Positions 22,207-31,345 of a stretch of 64,000 nucleotides of DNA are shown piece after piece. Below the pieces are notes generated by a model, which saw only the letters and a program-made list of their open reading frames with translations, searched no databases and was not told the DNA's origin. The stretch is taken from assembly GCA_963718895.1 (NCBI GenBank), contig CAVRAG010000008.1, forward strand, positions 32,001-96,000. The letters run 5' to 3'. Within the stretch, counting starts at the first letter, position 1. Every line of letters begins with the position of its first letter. Origin of the DNA: an uncultured Nitrososphaerota archaeon (GTDB taxonomy: Archaea > Thermoproteota > Nitrososphaeria > Nitrososphaerales > Gagatemarchaeaceae). The position numbers and the translations under genes are program-made.

Positions 22207-22653
22207 TCATCTGCTCTTGGATCCCGCCATGGGGTCGACCGTCCTAATGATCTGGCCCCTCCATTCCAATTCACTGACTCTCAATAACTCCGAGTCATGG
22301 GTGTAGACCTCAAGGACTCTATTTGCCAAGAAGCTCGCGAGAATGAGCGAATCCCTTCCGCCTAGCGCGTATCGCTCCGCTAGGTTCATCGCGAGCACCG
22401 TGGTCGACTTTGTCTGGTTGAAGAAGACCATGAACGGCAATCTGAGGAGTATCTCAAGCCTCCTTCTCGCCTCCTGTCTCGTCCAGCTCTGGCCGTATAC
22501 GAGAACGTGGTAGGCCTCGTGCATGACGGTCGGGTTTACAGCACACACGAACTCCGGAGAGAGTGACCGAAGGAAACTCCCGACCGTCTCATGCTCGGGA
22601 TACTTTGAATCGAGCATGTAGCAAACTATGTTTGAATCCAGACCGATCGGCAT
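22207..22653 (-). CDS. vapC: VapC PIN-domain toxin
   Basis: LDSNIV, VMHE, GGRDSLILA, YTHD. Confidence 0.85.
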   Translation of the reverse strand: MPIGLDSNIVCYMLDSKYPEHETVGSFLRSLSPEFVCAVNPTVMHEAYHVLVYGQSWTRQEARRRLEILLRLPFMVFFNQTKSTTVLAMNLAERYALGGRDSLILASFLANRVLEVYTHDSELLRVSELEWRGQIIRTVDPMAGSKSR

Positions 22654-22895
22654 CAGGCCTTCTCCTTCCAGATTGACTTCATCCTCGCAGGTCCTGGGTT
22701 CGTGGGTTTCCCGGTCCTTCTTGGTTCTGATTCGAGCACCTTCAGGAATTCGGCCACCCTGTCTTCCTTCCTGCCCGGAACCAGCACGACGCCCGCCTCG
22801 GTCTTCTTAATCACGATGTGCACGCCGAGGCCCTCCCGGAACTCAGGAGGTATCAGGACCCTGCCTTTCGTGTCGATTTTGGCTGTCGTCTCCAT
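22653..22895 (-). CDS. vapB: AbrB/MazE-type antitoxin
   Basis: KIDTKGRVLIPPEFRE. Confidence 0.85.
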   Translation of the reverse strand: METTAKIDTKGRVLIPPEFREGLGVHIVIKKTEAGVVLVPGRKEDRVAEFLKVLESEPRRTGKPTNPGPARMKSIWKEKA

Positions 22896-22918
22896 GTCCC
22901 ACTAGATATCAGTGGGAC
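22896..22918. promoter_or_regulatory. Operator-like inverted repeat GTCCCACT-N7-AGTGGGAC
   Basis: Between the TATA element and the vapB start. Confidence 0.65.
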
Positions 22919-22975
22919 TATAAAAAGGGCCGCTGGCCGCGGCCTGATGCGTGACTGGGCGGAGACCGAGGCTTA

Positions 22976-22997
22976 GCGAGCTTGATATCAAGCCTGA
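22976..22997. repeat. 22-bp double palindrome, copy 2
   Basis: GCGAGCTTGA-TA-TCAAGCCTGA. Confidence 0.85.
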
Positions 22998-23018
22998 TGA
23001 CTATCGGGGCACCAGCGG

Positions 23019-23612
23019 ATGCCCTTTATCAGCGACCACGACCACCGTCGACCGTTGACGACTTACGTCGTTGCACCCCCGACGTCCGGCGATTACGTCT
23101 TCTGGCTTTTGTCCCTCGTCCTGTTCGCCGCGCTGGTCCTGGTGATCGTCGTCGCCCTCGCGCCGAGGATGCGGAGCAGCAGGGCGTACAGGAACAAGGT
23201 CGTAGCGGTACTCGCAGTCGTCATCGTGCTCGTGGCTTCGGGCTTTTTCGACCTCGACCCCTTCGCCGGGAACACCGTCGCCGTCTCGCAGGAGGCGTTG
23301 ACCATGAGCGCCCCCGCCCTCTTCTCCGTCACGCTGAACGCCGACCAGGTCAAGGAGGCCTTCGTGGTGAACCTGAGCACCTGGAACGTCGGGATATCCG
23401 GTGCCTCCGGCGGCGACAAAGGGTCCGAACTCAACATCGGAGCCTATCCGCTCTCGAACGGGGCGAGCGCGGACGTCATCTCGGATGAGCAGCTGAACCT
23501 CGTGGTCGTGGCGAGCAGCGGCCAGTACTTCATCCTCGGACCGAGCGACTTCCAGGCCTTTGTCGCCGACTTTTCAGCCCACGTCGCTCCTGTGACCAAC
23601 GCCACCCCCTAG
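23019..23612 (+). CDS. Membrane protein with PH-like soluble domain
   Basis: Two TM helices followed by a beta-rich domain ending YFILGPSDFQAF. Confidence 0.65.
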   Translation: MPFISDHDHRRPLTTYVVAPPTSGDYVFWLLSLVLFAALVLVIVVALAPRMRSSRAYRNKVVAVLAVVIVLVASGFFDLDPFAGNTVAVSQEALTMSAPALFSVTLNADQVKEAFVVNLSTWNVGISGASGGDKGSELNIGAYPLSNGASADVISDEQLNLVVVASSGQYFILGPSDFQAFVADFSAHVAPVTNATP

Positions 23613-23959
23613 GCGCCAAACACCCCTGCCCGATCGACCGGCATCTGGTCGTCTCCTTCAGGAGCGACCGGAATCAAGAAGGGCGCAGCCAGCGGCCGCA
23701 AGCACCACTCGGCGGGGGTTGGGATCACGGTTCTGCGCGTTTGTGGAACCGCACGGCCGCGTCGTGGGGCCTGCCTTCCACCGGGGCGATATCAATCGGG
23801 ACGCTCGGATCGACCGTCCCTAGGATGGCCTCCCTAATCCCTGAATCATGGGGTGCCGGGTCCGCCTCGAAGCCGTCCAGGAACGCGAGGAGTCCTCATG
23901 GATTGTGTTCGCAACCGTCATATATCGACCCCGGCTCGATGCGACGAGAGAGGAGAGAC

Positions 23960-24733
23960 GAGCGCTGCCCTGGCCCAGGATCCTGACGGCCGACGAGAAG
24001 CAGACAATCAGCCCGCATCAGGGCAGGATGGAGCAGGTGGTCGTCAGCAGCTTCCCGCTCTCTCGAAGCGGGGTGGGCCTGGTACGAGAAGGACCAGGGC
24101 GTGGTCGCGTGGGCCTTCCGCAACGCCGACTCCAGCCGGCACAGCATGGTCCTGCTGCGAAACTCCTACTACTTCGGGGACGCGTACTGGTCGATCTACT
24201 CCTCGAACCCCGGGTTCCGAACCTCTTTCCTCGGCGGGGGCTCGCCGCCGCGCCCGCTCGCGGCTACGAACGTGCCCCAGAGCGCCGCCCCGCTCGGGCT
24301 CGTCCAGTTCGACGGTTTCCAGCAGGCCATCGTCTGCTTCGTGATCACCCTCTCACCGGGACAGGCCTGGGCGATGCTCGAGCGGGGCTTCGACCAGATG
24401 GGCCCACCCGCCGACGTAGCTGTCTACGAAGCGACGCCGCTGGCCGGCGGAGAGTACTGCATAGCGAGCGACCTCCGGGCGGTCAGCGAATGGGACGACC
24501 AGACGCGGACCCGGCTCGGCGCGTACACGCCGAACCCCTCGACCTTCAACACGTGGCTCTTCCAGGCGGAGAACGGCGCCCCTTATCGGAAGGTATTCGA
24601 CGGCGACGCGGTGGCCAAGGGGAGGTGCTCGCAGGCACCGGCAGTCAAGCCGATGTCCCAGCCGGCCAGCGAGACGCGGGACATGTTCCCTCCCGTGTTC
24701 CCGGACGTCCTCTCGCCTCCGCTCAACCCCTGA
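23960..24733 (+). CDS. Hypothetical protein (start approximate; frameshift near 24075)
   Basis: Coherent frame VVAWAFRN...YYFGDAYWSIY...FVITLSPGQAWAMLERGF. Confidence 0.6.
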
Positions 24734-24772
24734 GAACACTTGCGGTATCGGCTGGCCCAGGTCACGACCATA

Positions 24773-24794
24773 TCGAGCTCGATATCGAACTTGA
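24773..24794. repeat. 22-bp double palindrome, copy 3
   Basis: TCGAGCTCGA-TA-TCGAACTTGA. Confidence 0.85.
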
Positions 24795-24904
24795 GCAGAC
24801 CTCATCCTAGGAGCGACTCGAGCCGGATCCGCCTCAGCCCCGGCACGTTTCCGAGCTGCGGCCCCCGGGGTCGCACGTGTAACTGGGCGCGGGAGCGAGG
24901 CTTG

Positions 24905-24926
24905 TCGAGCTTGATTTCACGCTGGA
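24905..24926. repeat. 22-bp double palindrome, copy 4
   Basis: TCGAGCTTGA-TT-TCACGCTGGA. Confidence 0.75.
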
Positions 24927-24965
24927 GAGAGCGTCAGTCCGCCCGGGGGAGGGCACGAGACACAC

Positions 24966-25185
24966 CTAGCTGTACGCGATTATCCAGCCCAGGTGCCCGC
25001 CGAAGGTCCCGTACACCCCGTCCCAGCCCTGCTCCATGAGGATTGGGACCGAGGTGATCGGACCCACGAAAAAGTAGGTCACTATGCCCCCGCCCGCCAC
25101 GGTCCACGTGTTCCCGAACGAGTCCGCGAAGGTCAGCCCCGGCGGCACAAGGACGCCCCCCCGTCGCGTCGGCGCCGGGCATCAT
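24966..25185 (-). CDS. Stand-alone homolog of the C-terminal domain of the YVTN protein (homopolymer frameshift)
   Basis: GVLVPPGLTFADSFGNTW...YFFVGP...GWDGVYGTFGGHLGWII versus GVLMPSGATFTDSYGNTW...YFFAGP...GWAGVYGTYGAQQGWII. Confidence 0.7.
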
Positions 25186-25260
25186 AACCAACGACCGGGA
25201 GCTGCGCTCCCTTGACATCCCGACGTTCTGGTGACCGACCCCATCCGGAGGACTGCTTCC

Positions 25261-25767
25261 TCAGGGTGGCGGCGTCTCTGGGTTCTTTTCATTTGCGGCC
25301 CTGCCTCTCCCTCCGGATCGGTCGGGCGCACCGATTATCGCCCCTATCCTCTCCAGATCGACGTGGCGGATCCCAGGCGCCTTGGCGAAGTGGTGGTCGT
25401 CCGAGACGAACGTCTCCAGCCCCTTGGCGAGGGCCGATGCACAGTGAAGCGCGTCCCTCGGGCGCAGGTCCGTCGTCTCCATCAGCCCCTCTGCCCTGGC
25501 GGTGACTGCCAGGGTCGCTTCGAGGAACCTGAGGCCGGGGAACCGGAGGAGCTTCTTTTCCGCCGCGACCCCGTCCTCCCTCCCTATGGCCCTGCTGACC
25601 GCCCAGACCACCTCGTCCCAGGTCATGACCGAGGTGTACGCCACCATACGTCCTTCCTCTATCTCGTCGAGGACCCTTCTAGCAGCCTTCGACCTTCCGC
25701 CGGTCGCGGTTTCTCCAAGGAGAGGGAGGACGAAGACGTTGGAATCAACGTAGACCGGTTCGTTCAA
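25261..25767 (-). CDS. vapC: VapC PIN-domain toxin
   Basis: YVDSNVF, TWDEV, LRPRDALHCASA, VSDDHHF. Confidence 0.9.
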   Translation of the reverse strand: MNEPVYVDSNVFVLPLLGETATGGRSKAARRVLDEIEEGRMVAYTSVMTWDEVVWAVSRAIGREDGVAAEKKLLRFPGLRFLEATLAVTARAEGLMETTDLRPRDALHCASALAKGLETFVSDDHHFAKAPGIRHVDLERIGAIIGAPDRSGGRGRAANEKNPETPPP

Positions 25768-26005
25768 GCATCTCTTCCTCCAGGATACTCTCGACGTCGA
25801 CCCTGCGCTTCGGCTTCTCGCCCATGGTCTCGATGAAGTAGTCCACGTAGCTTCCTGGCGCAGGAGACGGGCGCTTCAGGACTATCTCGTCCCCCCGGAG
25901 CTCAACGATCACCTCGGTCCCCTCGACGAGCCCTGCCCTGTCCCTCAGCTCCTTCGGGATCACCACCTGGCCTTTGGGTCCAATCACACGGGTCAACCGC
26001 GGCAT
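25745..26005 (-). CDS. vapB: AbrB/MazE-type antitoxin
   Basis: IGPKGQVVIPKELRDRAGLVEGTEV. Confidence 0.9.
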   Translation of the reverse strand: MPRLTRVIGPKGQVVIPKELRDRAGLVEGTEVIVELRGDEIVLKRPSPAPGSYVDYFIETMGEKPKRRVDVESILEEEMLERTGLR

Positions 26006-26442
26006 AGCTTTCATGCAAGTACAACTACAGCTTATAGTTAAGTGCCACCTAACCGTGCTTTCCATCGCGGGCAGCGATGCGACACCTTTCGGACGCGGCG
26101 GCGGTTCCCATGGGGGAGGGGAGGACTGTCCCAACCAACGGTCGTCGGACTGCCTCCCTCGGCCTCCACCGATCCATCGAACGCGGGCAGCGTCTAGGCG
26201 CGCGTCCCTGCAAATCATGCAAAGATTACAGTTTACGCTCAGTTCCCCTGCAGGGGAACATCGCAAGTGGCGCCCTCTAAATGTATAGTGTATCCTGCAG
26301 GGACATAAACCAGCTCGTGGGAGCAAAGGATGGTGATGGCGTCGGACGATAAAAAATCGCAATGCCGTGTGTCCCTTAAGGGGTACAGATTCGGGTGGTT
26401 CCATGTCCGACCCCCGACACACTATGTTTTGCCTGAGTCAGA

Positions 26443-26733
26443 TCATAAGCCTATGGAAGGTTCGTAGATGGATGCCATTTTCCGGAGTCGGCGTATGCGG
26501 GGCGAGGAAGACTTCAACTTTCCATCCGTTACTCTCGGGTCAATTCGTTGGACTGCCAGGAGTCCTGCCTTACGTTCCCTCGCTGCAGCTCCGCCCTCCT
26601 TTCGCCTGACCTCCGCTCTGAGTGCTGCTTTCGTCACTTCCGTTGCAGAGATATGCAGTTCCATGAGTTTGTAAAACAGAGCCTCGTCGATCTTGATGGT
26701 CAGTACTTTCTTGGGATGCTGAGCAGACTCCAT
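26443..26733 (-). CDS. Orphan RHH (CcdA/VapB-like) antitoxin, possibly degenerate
   Basis: VLTIKIDEALFYKLMELHISATEVTKAALRAEVRRKE; perfect inverted repeat TGTGGGAC-AA-GTCCCACA at 26733-26750. Confidence 0.6.
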   Translation of the reverse strand: MESAQHPKKVLTIKIDEALFYKLMELHISATEVTKAALRAEVRRKEGGAAARERKAGLLAVQRIDPRVTDGKLKSSSPRIRRLRKMASIYEPSIGL

Positions 26734-26898
26734 GTGGGACAAGTCCCACACTCCATTTAAGCGCCACGTACACGCTGAGCGTGGTCTTCGGCACTTCTAG
26801 ACCCGCTAGACCATGCCCCCCACGGCCTCAACTAGGCGACTTCCGGGACCGAATACCCCGATTTGGGCTCCTTTTAGCAGGACCTGATCTTTGCCGGT

Positions 26899-27245
26899 CT
26901 AGGCCAGTTCATCCGACCGGGACGCGCTGAGACGCCTTGCTGCAACCTTCAGGAGCAGTTCGTCGTCGGTGACGAGCAGGTGGCCGCCCTCGAGCGCGGC
27001 GACGAGGTAGGAGGCGTCGTAGAACGTCAGGCCCTCTCTGCAGGCGCTCCCAAGGACAGCGGGTAGTGAAGACGCTCTCGCTCCCGACATGGACGGATAG
27101 GACCGTCTCGACATACGCCTGGCGACTTGCCGCGCCCCGGGGCTCGTAGTCCGCGAGGTCCGGCGTGCAGCCTCCGATCAGCCTCCTGATTCTGCCCTGG
27201 TGAAAGAGGTTCAGGATGGCCGATCAGTGGGAGAGACTCACCTCG
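26899..27245 (-). pseudogene. vapC: Degraded VapC toxin
   Basis: SAILNLF...PDLADYE fragment and GLTFYDASYLVAA...LVTDDELL; N-terminus disrupted. Confidence 0.75.
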
Positions 27246-27468
27246 AGTCCCTGTCCTCTCTTATCGCACGGACCCAGTCCTTCTTCGAGACCTTCCGGAT
27301 TATGGTGCCCACGGTGTCGGCTCGTTTGAGCGACCGCTCCTGCTCCCTCTCACGGACCGCGTCCTCGATTGCCTTCCTGATGACGTCCGCCGGCACGATG
27401 CCGAGACCTTTCATCTTGCGCGCGAGCTCTTCCGGGACCTTGGCTGACACTGTAACGCTCTTGCCCAT
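27238..27468 (-). CDS. vapB: RHH (CcdA/VapB-like) antitoxin
   Basis: SVTVSAKVPEELARKMKGLGI...VIRKAIEDAVR...WVRAIREDRD. Confidence 0.85.
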   Translation of the reverse strand: MGKSVTVSAKVPEELARKMKGLGIVPADVIRKAIEDAVREREQERSLKRADTVGTIIRKVSKKDWVRAIREDRDSR

Positions 27469-27520
27469 CGCTACCGTAGGGCAGTAACTCGCTGTTGATT
27501 TAACCATCCATGTGCAATTA

Positions 27521-27542
27521 TCCAGCTTGATATCGAACTTGA
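27521..27542. repeat. 22-bp double palindrome, copy 5
   Basis: TCCAGCTTGA-TA-TCGAACTTGA. Confidence 0.85.
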
Positions 27543-27566
27543 TTCATGCCGCTTGAGCCAGAAACT

Positions 27567-28756
27567 CTAGGATGGTTTCGCCCTCCCGAAGAAGTAGTAG
27601 AGCAGCGCTATGCCGAGGACGTAGAACCCGCAGGCGATGAACCAGGGGACCTCCAGGAGCCCGACGGAGAGCAGGTAGCCGCCGGCGAGGACGCTGACGC
27701 TGTTCGGGAGGCGGAAGATGATGTTGGTGAGGCCGCTCACGAGGCCGCGCTGCTCCTGGGGGAAGAGGCCCATGACGAACGAGTCCGTGATCGGGCCCGG
27801 ACATGTTCATCAGGGCGGTCCTCACGATGTAGCACCCCGCGGCGAGGTTCACGTTGGTGATGAACGCCATTGCGAGCATGAAGAAGGTCGAGGACCCGGT
27901 GGTGAGGACTATCGCCCTGACCTGGCCGAACCTCCTGGCCAGGGCCGGGCTCGCCAGCGCCGAGAACCCGATGAAGATGTTCGAGACCGCGAGGACCGGC
28001 CCGCTGTAGTAGTCGCCGACCCCGAACCGCAGCGAGAGCCAGGTCGCGAATATGGGTATGATGAAGCCCGCGCCGAGCCCGATGCTGCCGGAGAATATCG
28101 CGATCTTCGCCAGCGCGCGCTTGTTCCTGAGGCCCGCCCACCTCCGGGGACCCTCGCGCGGGTCCCGGTACTTCCTCAGGATCGCCGCCGTGGCCACGGG
28201 GGTGATGAAGCTCGCGAGGGCGAATATGGCGAGGAAGGTGCGGTGGACCGTGTAGCTGTCCAGCGAGAGGGCGGTCTCAACGGCGGGCAGGAAGACCGGG
28301 ATCGAGGAAGCCCACCCCCGAGCCCAGGTTGCTGACCACGAAGGAGAGGGAGAACGCCTTGGGCCTGCTCAGCTCCGTCGTCTGGTCGGCGATCAGGGCG
28401 TTCCAGGTCGTGGTCGAGGCCCCCTCGGACATCCCGCCTATCAGGGCCGCGAAGAGCAGGAGCGAGAAGTTGGAGGTGACGGCGAAGACCAGGAAGCTGC
28501 AGGACCCCGCGAACGCCCCCGCGACCAGGATGAGCCGCCGGCCGTACACGTCGGACGCTATCCCTAACGGTATCGCGGACACTATTGCGGCCGCGCCCTC
28601 GACCCCGATCAGGAGCCCGATCTGGGCGGCCGTGAAGCCCACCTGGAGGAACCAGGCGCTGATGGCGACGAGGATGAACCCGAACGCGACGAAGTTGGGT
28701 ATGGCCGAGTAGATCAGGAGCGAGACCCTCAGCGGCACCCCAGACTCGTCCGTCAA
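27567..28756 (-). CDS. MFS transporter (two frameshifts)
   Basis: GIASDVYGRR and LARRFGQ motif A; TM helices across three ORFs. Confidence 0.85.
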
Positions 28757-28895
28757 TCCCGGTCCAGCCCACCCGCAATCGCTTATCCGTGTTGCGGGCA
28801 GGTTTCTTTGCGCTCGCGACGCCCTTCACCGGGCCGTCCGGACAGCGGTCGCGGCGCGAAGCTGAATTCTGGGAGAACCGCGACCGAGCCATCCT

Positions 28896-28917
28896 TCAAG
28901 CTTGATATCGAGCTCGA
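28896..28917. repeat. 22-bp double palindrome, copy 6
   Basis: TCAAGCTTGA-TA-TCGAGCTCGA. Confidence 0.85.
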
Positions 28918-28968
28918 TTAAGACCGAGGACTGATCACACGCTCGGAAACGCATCCTCTCGACGCCAG

Positions 28969-29380
28969 CTAGCTCAGGAAGAAGATGGGACTCCTGAACG
29001 GCTTCCTTCGCGACTCATCGATCAGCTCCTTCTCGCGGTTCGCGAAGAGGGCTCCTGACCTTATCGCGTACGCTACGGCGAAGGTGTAACAGTCGGCCAA
29101 TGATATGGACCTCTCGCACTTGATCTCCGAGGCCGCGAGGTGTATCGCGGGGTCGTCCTCGACGACGATGTATCCCGAGGCGATCATCGCGTCGATCTTG
29201 GCCCGCGCCGCTTCGTGTCCGACCTTCCTGCAGAGGATGTACGCGGTCTCGGCGATGTTCACCATGCTCACGTGGGGCAGGATGTTCTTCGCCCGCACCT
29301 TGGCGAGCAGCTCGTCGCCTTTGGGAGTGCCCTCGAGCATCTCGATCAGGACGCTCGAGTCGAAGGCCAGTTCTCCCTCA
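28969..29380 (-). CDS. vapC: VapC PIN-domain toxin (start approximate)
   Basis: AFDSSVLIE, NIAETAYILCRK, ISLADC. Confidence 0.85.
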
Positions 29381-29644
29381 GGTGTACCTTCGCTCGAGCT
29401 CGTCCTCTCCTCGCCTGTCTTCGGACCGACCCTCCCGCAGCGCGCTTCGGATCTCTGCCGAGGAACGTCCGGTCGGTTTCACGGCCTCCATCAGAAGACG
29501 CTCATTCCTCCTGGACTTGGCCAGCAGGTACTCTATGACCTCCTCGTAATCGACCCTTCTCCCTCTCTTTGACTGCAACTCGCCGGCTACCTTCAGCAGT
29601 TCGCGACGCGTTCGGGCAGAGATCGTGATGGTTGTGCTATCCAT
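29378..29644 (-). CDS. vapB: VapB-type antitoxin
   Basis: TTITISARTRRELLKVAGELQ...VDYEEVIEYLL; directly upstream of vapC. Confidence 0.8.
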   Translation of the reverse strand: MDSTTITISARTRRELLKVAGELQSKRGRRVDYEEVIEYLLAKSRRNERLLMEAVKPTGRSSAEIRSALREGRSEDRRGEDELERRYT

Positions 29645-29777
29645 TGTCTCCATAGCCACAATAGTCGTCATGGATATTTAAGGCCTGTCCCGAGCGACTC
29701 CTCGCAGTTCAGCGGACAGGGATGCGATCTCTCGGTCTCGACGTCGTTGTTATTAGTCTCGGCTTCCGACTCACATC

Positions 29778-30167
29778 GTGCTCCAGATCGACTGCTCAGA
29801 GCTGTCGCCCGACGAGAAGCTCGCGCTGGCCTCTGAGATATCTGACGCCCTCGAGGGGAGGGCCCTGGCGCTCGTGAAGCTCGACGCCATCGTCTTCGAC
29901 CAGCTTTCAGACGAGAAGGTCGGAGTCGACACACTGCAGCCGATCGTCAGCGACTTCGTATCTCGGAGGAAAGACTCGCAGTACTACGCAGTGGAGGTGA
30001 AAGGGGAGACCGTGATGGTACATTCGGCCGACCCCATCGCGGCAGCGAGGAGGAAGACCGAGTACACCCTGCCGCCGAACCTGAGGCAGTGCCCCTACTG
30101 CTCCTTCATCACCCAGTACGAGGAGGAGTACACGGTCCACATGAGGGCCCACCTCTTCGGGGTCTGA
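29778..30167 (+). CDS. Hypothetical protein with C-terminal C2H2 zinc finger
   Basis: CPYCSFITQYEEEYTVHMRAH. Confidence 0.75.
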   Translation: MLQIDCSELSPDEKLALASEISDALEGRALALVKLDAIVFDQLSDEKVGVDTLQPIVSDFVSRRKDSQYYAVEVKGETVMVHSADPIAAARRKTEYTLPPNLRQCPYCSFITQYEEEYTVHMRAHLFGV

Positions 30168-30175
30168 AGCGCGGC

Positions 30176-31000
30176 TCAGGCGCCCATGGCGCGGACGTTC
30201 TGGCCGGCCGTCAGCTCGACCAGCTTGAACCTGAGCTGCGGCACTTTGGCAGCGTAGGACCGTTCGCCGACGAGACCGACCATGCCGAAGATGCCCTCGA
30301 TGAGGCCGGCGCACAGCCCGTATGTCGTCCAGCTATCCTTGACGCCCTCGCTGCTGGCGAAGATCGGGTCCCTGACGACGACGCCGACGGTGCCCCGCTC
30401 CATCTGGGAGAGGTCGAAGCTGGCCAGCCCCCACCCGCTGGTCCGCAGCTCGTCTTCGGCCGTGAGCAGCATCGCCTGCTGGGACGTCCCGGGGCTGGAC
30501 CTTCTGAGCGACCTCGTCAGGGCGAGCCCGGACTGCCTGCCCATCGCGAAGAGGACGAGGTTCCCCGTCTCCTCCGGGTACTTCGAGAACGAGCTCTCCA
30601 CCTGGACCAGGTTCTCTGTGGAGGTGATCACGAGCCTCGACCCGTCGAGGGCGACCACCGGGAAGAGGAACCGGTTGTATCGCGGGATCGCCATCTCGGT
30701 TCCCTGGGCCGATTCGACGACCAAGAGTCCCCTGAGGAGGCCGAGCAGCGTCTCGATGGAGACGTCGGAGGACTCCAGGCCGACGTTGGCAGAGATGATG
30801 AAGAGCTTGGTCTCCGGCATGCTCTGGGACTCCAGGCCGAAGAGCTCCACCCTGTGGTCCCGGAAGAGGACCAGCATCATCGCCAGGGCCTCGACGTGGT
30901 CCTTGCCCACCACCACCAGTTCGGTGACCTTGCGCTCGCTGGGCTGTTTCATCCCGAGGATGCGCGGGAGGTACTCCGCGGGCTTTGGCGGGAGCGTCAT
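30176..31000 (-). CDS. ACT-like plus V4R domain protein
   Basis: GKDHVEALA ACT-like start; LFAMGRQSG, SGWG, GLIEGIFG. Confidence 0.7.
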   Translation of the reverse strand: MTLPPKPAEYLPRILGMKQPSERKVTELVVVGKDHVEALAMMLVLFRDHRVELFGLESQSMPETKLFIISANVGLESSDVSIETLLGLLRGLLVVESAQGTEMAIPRYNRFLFPVVALDGSRLVITSTENLVQVESSFSKYPEETGNLVLFAMGRQSGLALTRSLRRSSPGTSQQAMLLTAEDELRTSGWGLASFDLSQMERGTVGVVVRDPIFASSEGVKDSWTTYGLCAGLIEGIFGMVGLVGERSYAAKVPQLRFKLVELTAGQNVRAMGA

Positions 31001-31345
31001 TGGGAACGCCCGTCGGCTTCCCCTTCATAAAGCATACCTGCTAACCTGAGCCGCGGCTTCCACCGCCGGCCGTCCAACTCTTTTTCCCGCCCCCCGAAAG
31101 TCACTGTCGCGCGCTTGCCTAGGGATGAGAGGCCGGGCGACCGCGGTCGCGCCTCCCGATTCGCGGAGGCACGGTGAAATACCATTAGTCTTACTTGTAA
31201 GACGGGTCCCCCATCGTGGCTGATGACCGCCTGCTCCCCGTCGAGGGCCGATCCGCTTTCACCATACCAACGTCGAACCCGTCGTCAGATGGGCGTCGAT
31301 CTCCGCAAAGGGATATAATTGGTTCACCGGAGGGCGTTGATGCAT

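Noticed and set aside
18680-25185. Diversity-generating retroelement (template and variable repeats)
   Set aside because: Copies differ at all base types and by indels, not only adenines; no reverse transcriptase in the window.
22081-28917. CRISPR array reading of the 22-bp repeats
   Set aside because: Spacing is 110-2600 bp with whole genes between copies; no cas genes present.
31030-31310. SRP, RNase P or C/D-box RNA in the long intergenic gap
   Set aside because: No diagnostic motifs recognised.
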